A stretch of 64,000 bases of DNA, from the NCBI GenBank assembly GCA_018716885.1, contig DVJI01000012.1:78050-142049 (forward strand), given 5' to 3'. Origin of the DNA: Candidatus Enterousia intestinigallinarum. GTDB lineage: Bacteria > Pseudomonadota > Alphaproteobacteria > Rs-D84. A model generated the notes under the pieces. It did not search any database. It was given only the letters and a program-made list of their open reading frames with translations, and was not told where the DNA came from. A program made the position numbers and the translations under genes. Within the stretch, counting starts at the first letter, position 1, and every line of letters starts with the position of its first letter. Shown one piece after another: positions 40,748 to 49,661 of the stretch.

Positions 40748-42058
40748 ATGTTCAAAAAAGAAAAAATCAAAGATTTGCACTATACCGTAAACGGGCTGAT
40801 TTCTGCCGACGAATTACAAACCGCGGCCGATGAAATACTGGTCGAATACGGTAAAAAGGCCAAAATGCCAGGATTTCGTCCGGGACATATTCCATTGAAT
40901 ATCCTGCGCCAGAAATACAACGCATCTGCAATGGGCGAAGCCATTGACAAGCTGATGAACCGCGATTTGAACGAATACATTGCGGACAAAAAAATTCGCC
41001 TGGCCGGCACGCCAAAGGCCGATTTGGCGGGTTGGGAAATTGGCAAGGATGCTGAATACACACTGGAATTTGATATTCTGCCGACATTGCCGGCGATTGA
41101 CCTGGAAAAATTCACAGTAACAAAAAAGACAACCAAACTGGACGAAGCCGAGGTTGAAAAATCACTGGAAAACATCCGCAAATCGCGCAGTGTTGCAGAA
41201 AAACAACCTGACGATTATGTTGCCCAGAACGGCGACACCGCTGTCATTGATTTCAAGGGATTCCTGGGTGACACCGCATTTGATGGTGGCGCCGCGGAAA
41301 AGCATCACTTGGTATTGGGCTCTGGCGCGTTTATTCCGGGATTTGAAGACCAGGTTATCGGTCACCGTGCCGGTGACGAATTTGACGTCAACGTAAAATT
41401 CCCAGACGAATATCACGCGGCCAATCTGGCGGGTAAAGACGCGCGCTTTGCGGTAAAGGTACACGAAGTTCGCAAACATACTCTGCCGGAATTGAACGAC
41501 GAACTGGCGAAATCCGTCGGTCACGAATCCGTTGAAAAATTGCGTGAACATATTCGCACAATCCTGAACGAACAATATGAAGAGGCCGCAAAACGCGAAA
41601 TGCGCAATGAATTGTTGGACATATTGGCGGACAAGGTTAAATTGGATTTGCCGGATGTTCTGGTTGACCAGGAATTAAATATGGCCAAACAGGAACACGA
41701 CCGCACCCACGCGAACTGCAATGGTGATTGCGGCAACGACCATAAATGGGACGAAAAAAAGGAACGCAAGGACGCCGAACGCCGCGTTAAATTGGGACTG
41801 ATACTGGCAGAATGGGGCACCCAGAACAAAGTAGAGGTTACACGCGACGATTTGCAACAGGCCGTCTGGGCCGAAGCCGCCCGCTATCCCGATCCGAAAC
41901 AGGTATTTGAATTCTATAATAAGAATCAAAATGCGTTGGCAATGCTGCGCGGGATGATTTTCGAACGCAAGGCACTGGACGCAATGCTGACACACGTCAA
42001 AACAAAAGAAAAGGCCGTAAAACCTGAAGAACTGTTTCAGCAGGCACCTGTTCGCTAG
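40748..42058 (+). CDS. tig: Trigger factor
   Basis: Domain order of ribosome-binding N-domain, FKBP-type PPIase (GFEDQVIGHRAGDEFDV) and C-terminal arm. Confidence 0.85.
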   Translation: MFKKEKIKDLHYTVNGLISADELQTAADEILVEYGKKAKMPGFRPGHIPLNILRQKYNASAMGEAIDKLMNRDLNEYIADKKIRLAGTPKADLAGWEIGKDAEYTLEFDILPTLPAIDLEKFTVTKKTTKLDEAEVEKSLENIRKSRSVAEKQPDDYVAQNGDTAVIDFKGFLGDTAFDGGAAEKHHLVLGSGAFIPGFEDQVIGHRAGDEFDVNVKFPDEYHAANLAGKDARFAVKVHEVRKHTLPELNDELAKSVGHESVEKLREHIRTILNEQYEEAAKREMRNELLDILADKVKLDLPDVLVDQELNMAKQEHDRTHANCNGDCGNDHKWDEKKERKDAERRVKLGLILAEWGTQNKVEVTRDDLQQAVWAEAARYPDPKQVFEFYNKNQNALAMLRGMIFERKALDAMLTHVKTKEKAVKPEELFQQAPVR

Positions 42059-42113
42059 TAAATAACACACGCGCATTTGCGCGTGTAGTTTTTTTTATCA
42101 AAGGATTAAAACA

Positions 42114-43070
42114 ATGAAGGCATATTTAGATATTTTGGACAATATTATGACAAACGCCACGGATTTGCGTATGAACCGTACGGGTATTCCGGACATTGGT
42201 CTGTCCGCCGGCGCCGTATTTGAACACGATATGTCAACCGGCTTTCCATTGATTACAACCAAAAAAATGGGGCTGAAAAACATAGCAACCGAACTGGAAT
42301 TTTTCTTGCACGGAATCACGGACAAACGCTGGTTACAGGACAGAAAATGCCATATATGGGACGAATGGGCAAACCCGGTAAAGGTTGAACAAAAATACAA
42401 TATTGCAACCAATAATTTACCAAATCTTACCGACGACGAAAAAACCAATATACGAAATGCGATTATGGATTCTGAACGCGATCTGGGGCCAATTTATGGT
42501 TTCCAATGGCGTCATTTTGGTGGCGAATACGTATGGAACGAAAACCGTATAAATAAAAATCCAACGGATAATTTTAATCCCAAAAATCCGGGCATAGACC
42601 AAGTTCAAAATGCCATTTATAAACTAAAAAACAACCCAAACGACCGTCGCATACTGGTCAGTGCGTGGAATCCGGTCGCCCTACCGCAAATGGCGTTGCC
42701 GCCGTGCCACGTTATGCACCAGCTGGTTGTGCGCGATGGAAAACTATCTTTAATATGGACACAGCGTTCTTGTGATATGTTCCTGGGCGTGCCGTATAAT
42801 ATTGCCAGCTATGCATTGCTGTTGTTATTGTATGCCAAGGAAGCAGGGCTGAAACCCGGAATGCTAAAGGGTGAATTGCACGATGCACACATTTATCAAA
42901 ATCATATTCCCCAGGTTCGCGAACAACTGAAACGCAAACCGTATCCTTTGCCAACCGTTGAAATACCAGACGACAACTGGCGCGGTATGCTGAATTGGTC
43001 GGCTCAGGGCGGATTTGTATTAAAAAATTATATTTGTCACGAAAAATTACGCGGCGAAGTGGCACGATAA
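42114..43070 (+). CDS. thyA: Thymidylate synthase (ThyA) with an insertion of about 50 aa
   Basis: RTGIPDIGLSAGAVFEHDM, PPCHVMHQLVVRDGKLS (catalytic Cys) and DAHIYQNH. It is 318 aa versus about 264 for short-form ThyA. Confidence 0.85.
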   Translation: MKAYLDILDNIMTNATDLRMNRTGIPDIGLSAGAVFEHDMSTGFPLITTKKMGLKNIATELEFFLHGITDKRWLQDRKCHIWDEWANPVKVEQKYNIATNNLPNLTDDEKTNIRNAIMDSERDLGPIYGFQWRHFGGEYVWNENRINKNPTDNFNPKNPGIDQVQNAIYKLKNNPNDRRILVSAWNPVALPQMALPPCHVMHQLVVRDGKLSLIWTQRSCDMFLGVPYNIASYALLLLLYAKEAGLKPGMLKGELHDAHIYQNHIPQVREQLKRKPYPLPTVEIPDDNWRGMLNWSAQGGFVLKNYICHEKLRGEVAR

Positions 43071-43072
43071 AT

Positions 43073-43101
43073 AAAAAAAGTCCCAAGAATTGGGACTTTT
43101 T
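43073..43101 (+). terminator. Intrinsic terminator after thyA (aaaaaagtcccaagaattgggactttttt)
   Basis: Hairpin plus T-run. Confidence 0.65.
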
Positions 43102-43181
43102 TATTTTCAAAATAGAATTTGACATATTTCCAAACAGTGCTATAAATTATGCGTTTGAGTTTTATCCAAGGAGTTTTGATT

Positions 43182-43673
43182 ATGGAAACAAAACTTGTAC
43201 CTATTTATGCATTGCGTATGCTGATGTTGGAACGGCTGAACCCGCAATTTTTTGCCGCAAATGCAGATATGATTTTACGCACATCACTGGCCGCCCAGGA
43301 CTATATTTTATCCGGCCAATACTATGAATACGACCCGCGCACAGGTCGCCTGTTCAGAAAATTACCTGGTTACATAAGCATACACAAAAAATACAATCTG
43401 CCGTATGACCCGGAAACAAGCACACTGATTCCACAAAGCATAAATCCTGGATTAGTTATGGATTTGTCCTGGTCGTTTCAAACCGACAAATTAAACGGCA
43501 TTATTGACGACCGTGGCAACATTCGCGACACAAAGCGCCTGGGCTCGTCCGAAGTTTTACAGGTATATCATAATTCGTCCGCGTCCGGCACACCAATAAA
43601 TGTGCTGTATAAAATAACAAAAAGTCAATTTGAAGCAATGGTCGCATCAACGATGCAGACAAAAACAAAATAA
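43182..43673 (+). CDS. Hypothetical protein (163 aa)
   Basis: Ribosome-binding site (AGGAG) 8 nt before METKLVPIYAL. No homology recognised. Confidence 0.45.
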   Translation: METKLVPIYALRMLMLERLNPQFFAANADMILRTSLAAQDYILSGQYYEYDPRTGRLFRKLPGYISIHKKYNLPYDPETSTLIPQSINPGLVMDLSWSFQTDKLNGIIDDRGNIRDTKRLGSSEVLQVYHNSSASGTPINVLYKITKSQFEAMVASTMQTKTK

Positions 43674-43778
43674 AAAAGCGCCCGTCTGGGCGTTTTTTTA
43701 TTTGAACAAAAACGACACCTGTTGCAAAATAAATAAACCGATGGTATTATTGATTGACAATAAAGCAGGGTAAATATT

Positions 43779-44234
43779 ATGAAAAAAATTTTCGCATTAT
43801 TTATGGTTATGGCACTGACCGCGTGCGGTGCAAATCTGGATTTGGACAGATATGAAACATCTGGGGCGGGCAATGTGAACACTGTATCCGAAGGCGTCAT
43901 TATCAGTGCGCGCCCAGTTACAATCGCGACTGAAAACGGTGACGTCGGTCAATTAGCCGGTGGAATTATCGGCGGTGTCGCCGGCGGCCAAATCAGTGAC
44001 AATGCACTGACACAAACCATCGGCGCGGTGGGCGGCGCCGTATTGGGCGGATATCTGGGTGGCAAAGCACAAGAAGGTCTGTCCGCACAGGGTGGTATAG
44101 AATACATTGTAAAACTGGATTCTGGCAAAGCCGTGACACTGACCCAGGGTGACGATGTTAAATTTTCAGTCGGTCAATCGGTATATGTCCTGGACGCCGA
44201 TTATGGTAAACGTGCACGAATAATTGCCAAATAA
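43779..44234 (+). CDS. Outer-membrane lipoprotein with a glycine-zipper 2TM domain (SlyB / Rickettsia 17-kDa-antigen family-like)
   Basis: Lipobox LTAC. Glycine-zipper stretch GGIIGGVAGGQISDNALTQTIGAVGGAVLGGYLGG. Confidence 0.6.
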   Translation: MKKIFALFMVMALTACGANLDLDRYETSGAGNVNTVSEGVIISARPVTIATENGDVGQLAGGIIGGVAGGQISDNALTQTIGAVGGAVLGGYLGGKAQEGLSAQGGIEYIVKLDSGKAVTLTQGDDVKFSVGQSVYVLDADYGKRARIIAK

Positions 44235-44276
44235 CCAAATGGCGTCATTTGACGCCGTTTTTATTTTTATAATTAC

Positions 44277-44305
44277 TTGCTTTTTCGAAAAAAATCCCGT
44301 ATAAT
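44277..44305 (+). promoter_or_regulatory. Sigma-70 type promoter for rpsA (ttgctt, 17-nt spacer, tataat)
   Basis: Near-consensus -35 and -10 hexamers with 17-nt spacing, about 90 nt upstream of rpsA. Confidence 0.5.
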
Positions 44306-44394
44306 CCGTCTGATTTTGCGGGTGGGCGCATTATCAATCCGAATAACCCCACAAGTCCTCGCATTATTTACAGATATGCGACGGCCAACTTTGT

Positions 44395-46095
44395 ATGAAC
44401 TTCTTTATGAAAGATTTATCCAAAGATTTATTTAATCCGATATCCGGCGAAGATTTCGTCCAGATGTTCACCAAGGACTATGGAACCCAGGAAACTTTGC
44501 AGGGTTACGCAACCAAGGGCACCGTCAAAGATATTCGCGGTGATTTCGCGATTGTTGACGTTGGCCTGAAATCCGAAGGCCGCGTTCCGTTAAAGGAATT
44601 TGGCGCATCCGTACCGGCGGTTGGCGACATTATCGACGTTTTTGTCGAACGCTATGAATCCCGCGAAGGTACAGCCGTCCTGTCCTATACCAAGGCGCGT
44701 GCTGAAAAAGCGTGGAAGGAACTGGAAAAAACTGTTGCCGAAGGTATTGATCCCGAAGGTACAATTATTGATGTTGTTCGCGGTGGCTATACCGTTGACA
44801 TCAACGGCGTGTTTGCATTTATGCCGTCCAGCCAGGTTGATCACAAACCTGTTCGCGATCCGAAATCGCTGATTGGTTTGAAAGACAAATTCCGCGTATT
44901 GAAAATGGACGCACTGCGCACAAACGCGATTGTTTCACGTCGCGCGATTCAGGCGGATACTATTGCGGCCGCACAACGCGAAGCGATGAAGAACATATCA
45001 CTGGGTGCCGTTATCGAAGGTACGGTTAAAAATATCACTGATTACGGTGTGTTTGTCGACCTGGGCGGCATTGACGGACTGTTGCACGTGACGGATTTGT
45101 CGTGGAAACGCGTAAATCATCCGCGCGAACTGGTTCACGTCGGCCAGAAAATCAAGGTCAAGGTTATCCAATTCGATCCGGAATCCCACCGTATATCGCT
45201 GGGCGCGAAACAGTTGGAAGAAGACCCGTGGGAAAATGCGTCCCGTGCGTTCAACGTCGGCGACACAGTATCGGGCAAAGTATCATCTTTGACTGATTAC
45301 GGTGCATTTATCGACCTGGGTAATAATATCGAAGGTCTGGTTCATATGTCTGAACTGTCCTGGACAAACAAAAACATCCACCCCAGCAAAGTTTTGCAGG
45401 TGGGCCAGGATGTGAACGTTGTTGTTCTGGGTATCGACCAGGAAAAGCGTCGTATTTCGTTGGGCTATAAACAGCTGCAACCCAATCCGTGGAAGCAGTT
45501 TGCCGAAACCCACAACGTTGGCGACGTTGTCACCGGTCCGATTAAAAACACGACCGAATTTGGTCTGTTTGTGGCATTGACACCGGAATTGGACGGTATG
45601 GTTCACATTTCCGACCTGTCTTGGAATAAACTGGACGAAGAAGAACTGAAAAAGTTCGTTCGTGGCCAGGAAGTAACCGCCAAGATTCTGGACATCAATC
45701 CGGAAAAAGAACGTATCACCCTGGGCATCAAACAGTTGACCGAGGGCGCAGACAGCAACAATGCGTCTTTGAAAAAGGGCGCCGTTGTTTCCGGTACTGT
45801 ATCCGAAGTTACACCTGATGAATTGATTTTGGCATTGCCGAACGATATCAAGGGCGTAATCCGTCGTACAGACCTGTCGCGCGAAAAGTCCGAACAGGAC
45901 ACCAGCAAGTTCAAAATCGGCGACACAGTCGAAGCATCTGTTGTTTCCGTTGACAACAACGTTGTCAAACTGTCTATCCGCGCACTGCAGGTGACGCTGG
46001 AAAAACAGGCGGTCAAAGAATACGCCAACCAGGCCGACAGTGGCTCTGTTCTGGGCGACATTCTGGGTGCTGCGATTGAAAACAGCAAAAAATAA
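44395..46095 (+). CDS. rpsA: 30S ribosomal protein S1
   Basis: Six S1 repeats (…DYGVFVDLGG…, …DYGAFIDLGN…). 566 aa. Confidence 0.9.
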   Translation: MNFFMKDLSKDLFNPISGEDFVQMFTKDYGTQETLQGYATKGTVKDIRGDFAIVDVGLKSEGRVPLKEFGASVPAVGDIIDVFVERYESREGTAVLSYTKARAEKAWKELEKTVAEGIDPEGTIIDVVRGGYTVDINGVFAFMPSSQVDHKPVRDPKSLIGLKDKFRVLKMDALRTNAIVSRRAIQADTIAAAQREAMKNISLGAVIEGTVKNITDYGVFVDLGGIDGLLHVTDLSWKRVNHPRELVHVGQKIKVKVIQFDPESHRISLGAKQLEEDPWENASRAFNVGDTVSGKVSSLTDYGAFIDLGNNIEGLVHMSELSWTNKNIHPSKVLQVGQDVNVVVLGIDQEKRRISLGYKQLQPNPWKQFAETHNVGDVVTGPIKNTTEFGLFVALTPELDGMVHISDLSWNKLDEEELKKFVRGQEVTAKILDINPEKERITLGIKQLTEGADSNNASLKKGAVVSGTVSEVTPDELILALPNDIKGVIRRTDLSREKSEQDTSKFKIGDTVEASVVSVDNNVVKLSIRALQVTLEKQAVKEYANQADSGSVLGDILGAAIENSKK

Positions 46096-46168
46096 GACAA
46101 ATATATTTTGTTCTTGCAAACAGAATCCGACACTTGCCGGATTCTGTTTTTTATGTTAAAATCCACAT

Positions 46169-46723
46169 ATGAAAAAAATGATTATTCTTATGGGTGGCCA
46201 GGGCGTAGGCAAGGGCACATTTGCCCGTATGTTATGTGAACGCCACGATTACAAATACATTGAAACAGGAAAGATGTTACGCGACGCGGCCACAACCGAC
46301 CGGGTCGTTGCGGACATTATGGCACGTGGCGAATTGTTGCCGTTTGAAATGTTGATAAAACTGGTGTCGCAAAACATCGACACAACACGCGATTTATTAC
46401 TGGACGGATTCCCACGCACACTGGCCCAGGCACAATGGTTGATCGAAAATTACGCAGATAAATTTGACATACACGTATTATATCTAAATGTGCCGGAATC
46501 AATAATGATTCAGCGTATACAAAAACGAATCCGTGACGGTGGTGGACGCGCCGACGACGCTGACAATGCGGCAATACGCAACCGGTTGGATATTTTTTGG
46601 AACACAACAATGCCGGCCATTGACTGGCTGCGCACCGCACCGGGAATCCGATTTTCGGACATTGATGTCACCGGTCCGGTTGATGAAAACTTCAAAAATA
46701 TACTAACCACATTGGAACAATAA
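46169..46723 (+). CDS. adk: Adenylate kinase-like nucleoside monophosphate kinase (short form, divergent P-loop)
   Basis: P-loop GGQGVGKGT, NMP-binding LLDGFPRTLAQAQ and an R..DD motif. 184 aa without a long LID. Confidence 0.65.
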   Translation: MKKMIILMGGQGVGKGTFARMLCERHDYKYIETGKMLRDAATTDRVVADIMARGELLPFEMLIKLVSQNIDTTRDLLLDGFPRTLAQAQWLIENYADKFDIHVLYLNVPESIMIQRIQKRIRDGGGRADDADNAAIRNRLDIFWNTTMPAIDWLRTAPGIRFSDIDVTGPVDENFKNILTTLEQ

Positions 46724-46725
46724 AA

Positions 46726-47610
46726 TTAAACTACGCGGCGGCGTATCACGCTGAACATAGCAAACCCAATCAGCAGCACCATTATCAGCACAAATATTGC
46801 CGTGGCGGTTTGCTCGTTTTCTGCAAACGGCAATTCCATATTCATACCATAGTACCCAACAATCACCGTCGGAACAACCAGTATAATATTCCACATAGTC
46901 AACCGATTGATGTATGTGTTTGAATCCATATTGATGACACTTTCAAACGTTTCTTTGATGGACTTCAACATTTTACTGTACGAAGTGACAACTTCTATAC
47001 CCTGGGATAATTCAATACGCGCATCTTCGGCCAGTTCTTTGGTTTCTTCGGTTTTTACAAATCCGCGCACCTTTTCCAATTTGTCCAGCACCGCAACATT
47101 TCCCTTCAGTCCCGCCATATACAAGGTATAACTATTTTCCACCTCTAACAAAGCCATCAATTCGTTTTTGCGTATGCGTTCTTGCAATACTTTTTTAGAC
47201 GCCAAAACACGCTTATTCAATTCTTTTAAGAAACGCAAATAAGATTCGGCAATATAATAAATTATATTCAAAACAAATTCTTCGCGCGATGTTTTTTCGT
47301 CTTTTTTAATTCTGTCCAACAAATCGCAACGCTTGCGGCAAACGGTTATAACACGGTTTGCAGAATAAATTATAGACAACGGTTCAGTATGCCACAATGT
47401 GTCCGTTTCACGATTTATAATCGGGAATCGCACAATAATGACCTTATAGTCATCTTCAACCTCGAACCGTGGTTGTTCGTCTGGATCCAAAATATCTGAA
47501 ATAGTATCTTCGTCGATTTTGAATTCACTTTGCAGGCGTTCAAAATCATCGTGGTCGGGGTTGCCGACATTTATCCAAGAAAACGTTTTTAATTTTTCCG
47601 TTATAAACAT
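46726..47610 (-). CDS. corA: Magnesium/cobalt transporter CorA
   Basis: YGMNMELPF (GMN motif) before two C-terminal transmembrane helices. Ribosome-binding site (AGGAGG) before MFITEK. Confidence 0.8.
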   Translation of the reverse strand: MFITEKLKTFSWINVGNPDHDDFERLQSEFKIDEDTISDILDPDEQPRFEVEDDYKVIIVRFPIINRETDTLWHTEPLSIIYSANRVITVCRKRCDLLDRIKKDEKTSREEFVLNIIYYIAESYLRFLKELNKRVLASKKVLQERIRKNELMALLEVENSYTLYMAGLKGNVAVLDKLEKVRGFVKTEETKELAEDARIELSQGIEVVTSYSKMLKSIKETFESVINMDSNTYINRLTMWNIILVVPTVIVGYYGMNMELPFAENEQTATAIFVLIMVLLIGFAMFSVIRRRVV

Positions 47611-47740
47611 ATGACGCCTCCTTGTTGTTGCCGGGTGGTATTGTAAAATATAAACCACAAAAAATCAAACCTTATCCAGGAATAAATACAAATATATTGT
47701 ATCATCAATTTATGATAATATTATAACAAAGGATTCAAAA

Positions 47741-48169
47741 ATGGCATTACAGACAACTTCGTTCAAAATTGCACGCTATATATTGCTGGCATTGGTTTTG
47801 GTGCTGTGCATTGGGATAATAACGTGGACACTTATTGCACGCAATCGCGCTGACCTGTCAACATCCGGCACCGTTGAAAATGTTATACGCATAACAAACA
47901 CCGACCCGTGCGTGCAAAGCGTAAATAACGCCGTTTCACAAATGTGGGCATATAATGCCGCCAGCATTCCCCAGAAATACCGTGATATAGAATCACAATA
48001 CGTAAATGAAAAAATTACAACACGTATAAACGGTTCCTGTAATGATGTAAGATTTGTATGCCGCCCGGGGCAAATTCGGCGCGACTGTGATCCGTGTGCG
48101 CAGGGGTCGGCACGTCAGTTTGCGATGGAACAACAAATATCCGATATGATTGCCGAACAGTGCAAATAA
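47741..48169 (+). CDS. Membrane-anchored Cys-containing hypothetical protein (142 aa)
   Basis: N-terminal transmembrane anchor and a terminator downstream. No homology recognised. Confidence 0.4.
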   Translation: MALQTTSFKIARYILLALVLVLCIGIITWTLIARNRADLSTSGTVENVIRITNTDPCVQSVNNAVSQMWAYNAASIPQKYRDIESQYVNEKITTRINGSCNDVRFVCRPGQIRRDCDPCAQGSARQFAMEQQISDMIAEQCK

Positions 48170-48264
48170 ATACGTTTTATAAATAAAAATAATGCAAGGC
48201 CGATTGCCGTTATACCCACTGTAAATAAAAATAAAACCGCATCAGCGGTTTTATTTTTATTTAT

Positions 48265-48340
48265 GGTCGGGGCGACAGGAATCGAACCTGCGACCCCTTG
48301 CACCCCATGCAAGTACTCTACCAGGCTGAGCTACGCCCCG
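48265..48340 (-). tRNA. tRNA-Pro (anticodon GGG)
   Basis: Cloverleaf cggggcgtagctcagcctggtagagt...cgccccgacca with anticodon loop atggggt. Confidence 0.85.
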
Positions 48341-48459
48341 ACGTACGCATATTTATACAATTCTATTCACGCAAAAGCAAGAATATATTTTATGCTTGCA
48401 CGAATCGGAAAAATGTTACTAGTATTCGCATATCAATAAACATAACCAGGGAGTCATTC

Positions 48460-48837
48460 GTGATAGTAGGTATTGGAATTGATTTGGTCGAATGCGGCAG
48501 ATTTCTGGATTGGTCCGCGTTCAAAAAACAACGCATATTTACAAAAAAAGAACTGGAATATGCCGACGCCGACAATGCAAATGCCGAAAAACATCTGGCA
48601 AATTTCTGGGCCGCACGCGAAGCGTGTCTAAAGGCACTGGGGATTGGATTTGGCGACGACATTGGTTTTTCCGATGTATCCGTAACACATAATGACGCGG
48701 GACGTCCGGAACTGATGCTGGCCGGCGGTGCCAAGGCAGCGTTAAAGGAACTGGCTGGTGGTGATGCAGTTGTCCACCTGTCAATAACCGACCAGGACGA
48801 TTATTCCGCCGCAATCGTTGTAATTGAAAAATTATAA
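48460..48837 (+). CDS. acpS: Holo-[acyl-carrier-protein] synthase
   Basis: GTG start at VIVGIGIDLVE and the 4'-phosphopantetheinyl transferase motif ...AAREACLKALG. Confidence 0.75.
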   Translation: MIVGIGIDLVECGRFLDWSAFKKQRIFTKKELEYADADNANAEKHLANFWAAREACLKALGIGFGDDIGFSDVSVTHNDAGRPELMLAGGAKAALKELAGGDAVVHLSITDQDDYSAAIVVIEKL

Positions 48838-48867
48838 AAACAAAACCGCCATATCGGCGGCTTTGTT

Positions 48868-49347
48868 TTAATTGCTGTAATAGCAATCTGCAGTGTACGT
48901 ATATGTTCCACTTGTGTCAGTTCCGGTTGTTCCAGACGGCAAATAACACGACGTAATCACAGTTGAACCGGCCACAGACGAACCACTGTTTGGACAGCAC
49001 GTACAACCAGATGAACCATTTATGGTTCTTCCATAATATCCCGCAGCACATCGGTATTGAATTGATGAAGTACACTTTGTTGATGTTGAACAATATCTAT
49101 ATGTACGACGTTCATAACCCGTTGCGTACGCCGTCCACGCTGACGGCGAACAGTTGGATGCTGTACACGTCGTACCACCACCAGACATAACACAGATTCC
49201 ACCGGGGCAATCCGTGTCCCTCGAGCACGCCAGTCCATCGGAAGGGCCGCCATCACAAATTCCACGTATACCAGCAACAGCAAACGTCGTACTCGATATA
49301 AATATGGGTATCGCAATAATTATAGTGGGTAAAATAAAATATTTCAT
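48868..49347 (-). CDS. Small secreted Cys-rich protein (159 aa), lineage-specific family
   Basis: Signal peptide MKYFILPTIIIAIPIFISSTTFA, 20 Cys, ribosome-binding site (AGGAG). Its C-terminal third recurs at 40494..40637. Confidence 0.6.
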   Translation of the reverse strand: MKYFILPTIIIAIPIFISSTTFAVAGIRGICDGGPSDGLACSRDTDCPGGICVMSGGGTTCTASNCSPSAWTAYATGYERRTYRYCSTSTKCTSSIQYRCAAGYYGRTINGSSGCTCCPNSGSSVAGSTVITSCYLPSGTTGTDTSGTYTYTADCYYSN

Positions 49348-49480
49348 AATTCAATCTCCTGATTTTTGTTGAAACAAAAAACCACCAGTTTTACTTGGTG
49401 GTCAGGAGGTTGACTACAATCATAGGAATTGTGCCGCGTATTTGGTATTCCGCGACCCTCCTGACCCGAAAATCAGGAGT
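49348..49480 (-). promoter_or_regulatory. Structured 5' leader of the 159-aa Cys-rich gene, carrying an internal intrinsic terminator and an anti-Shine-Dalgarno segment (possible attenuator or riboregulator)
   Basis: Read 5' to 3' on the minus strand: CUCCUGAUUUUCG, then hairpin GGUCAGGAGG...CCUCCUGACC, then terminator ACCACCAAGUAAAACUGGUGGUUUUUU, then ...AAAAUCAGGAG (the ribosome-binding site), then AUG. Confidence 0.3.
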
Positions 49481-49631
49481 TTGTTTTTCGTCGTAATACT
49501 AAAACGGGCGCATTTTTGCGCGCCACAGGTTTATATTCCGACGCCTATGCACGGGTAGTCACACCCCATTGACGGAACACCCGTCAACATTTATATGTTA
49601 TCGCATAGTATTTGAATATTCAAGGCAAAAT

Positions 49632-49660
49632 AAAAACCGCATTTCGCGGTTTTTATTTTT
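49632..49660. terminator. Intrinsic terminator after the 796-aa gene (aaaaaccgcatttcgcggtttttattttt)
   Basis: Hairpin plus T-runs. Confidence 0.65.
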
Positions 49661-49661
49661 C

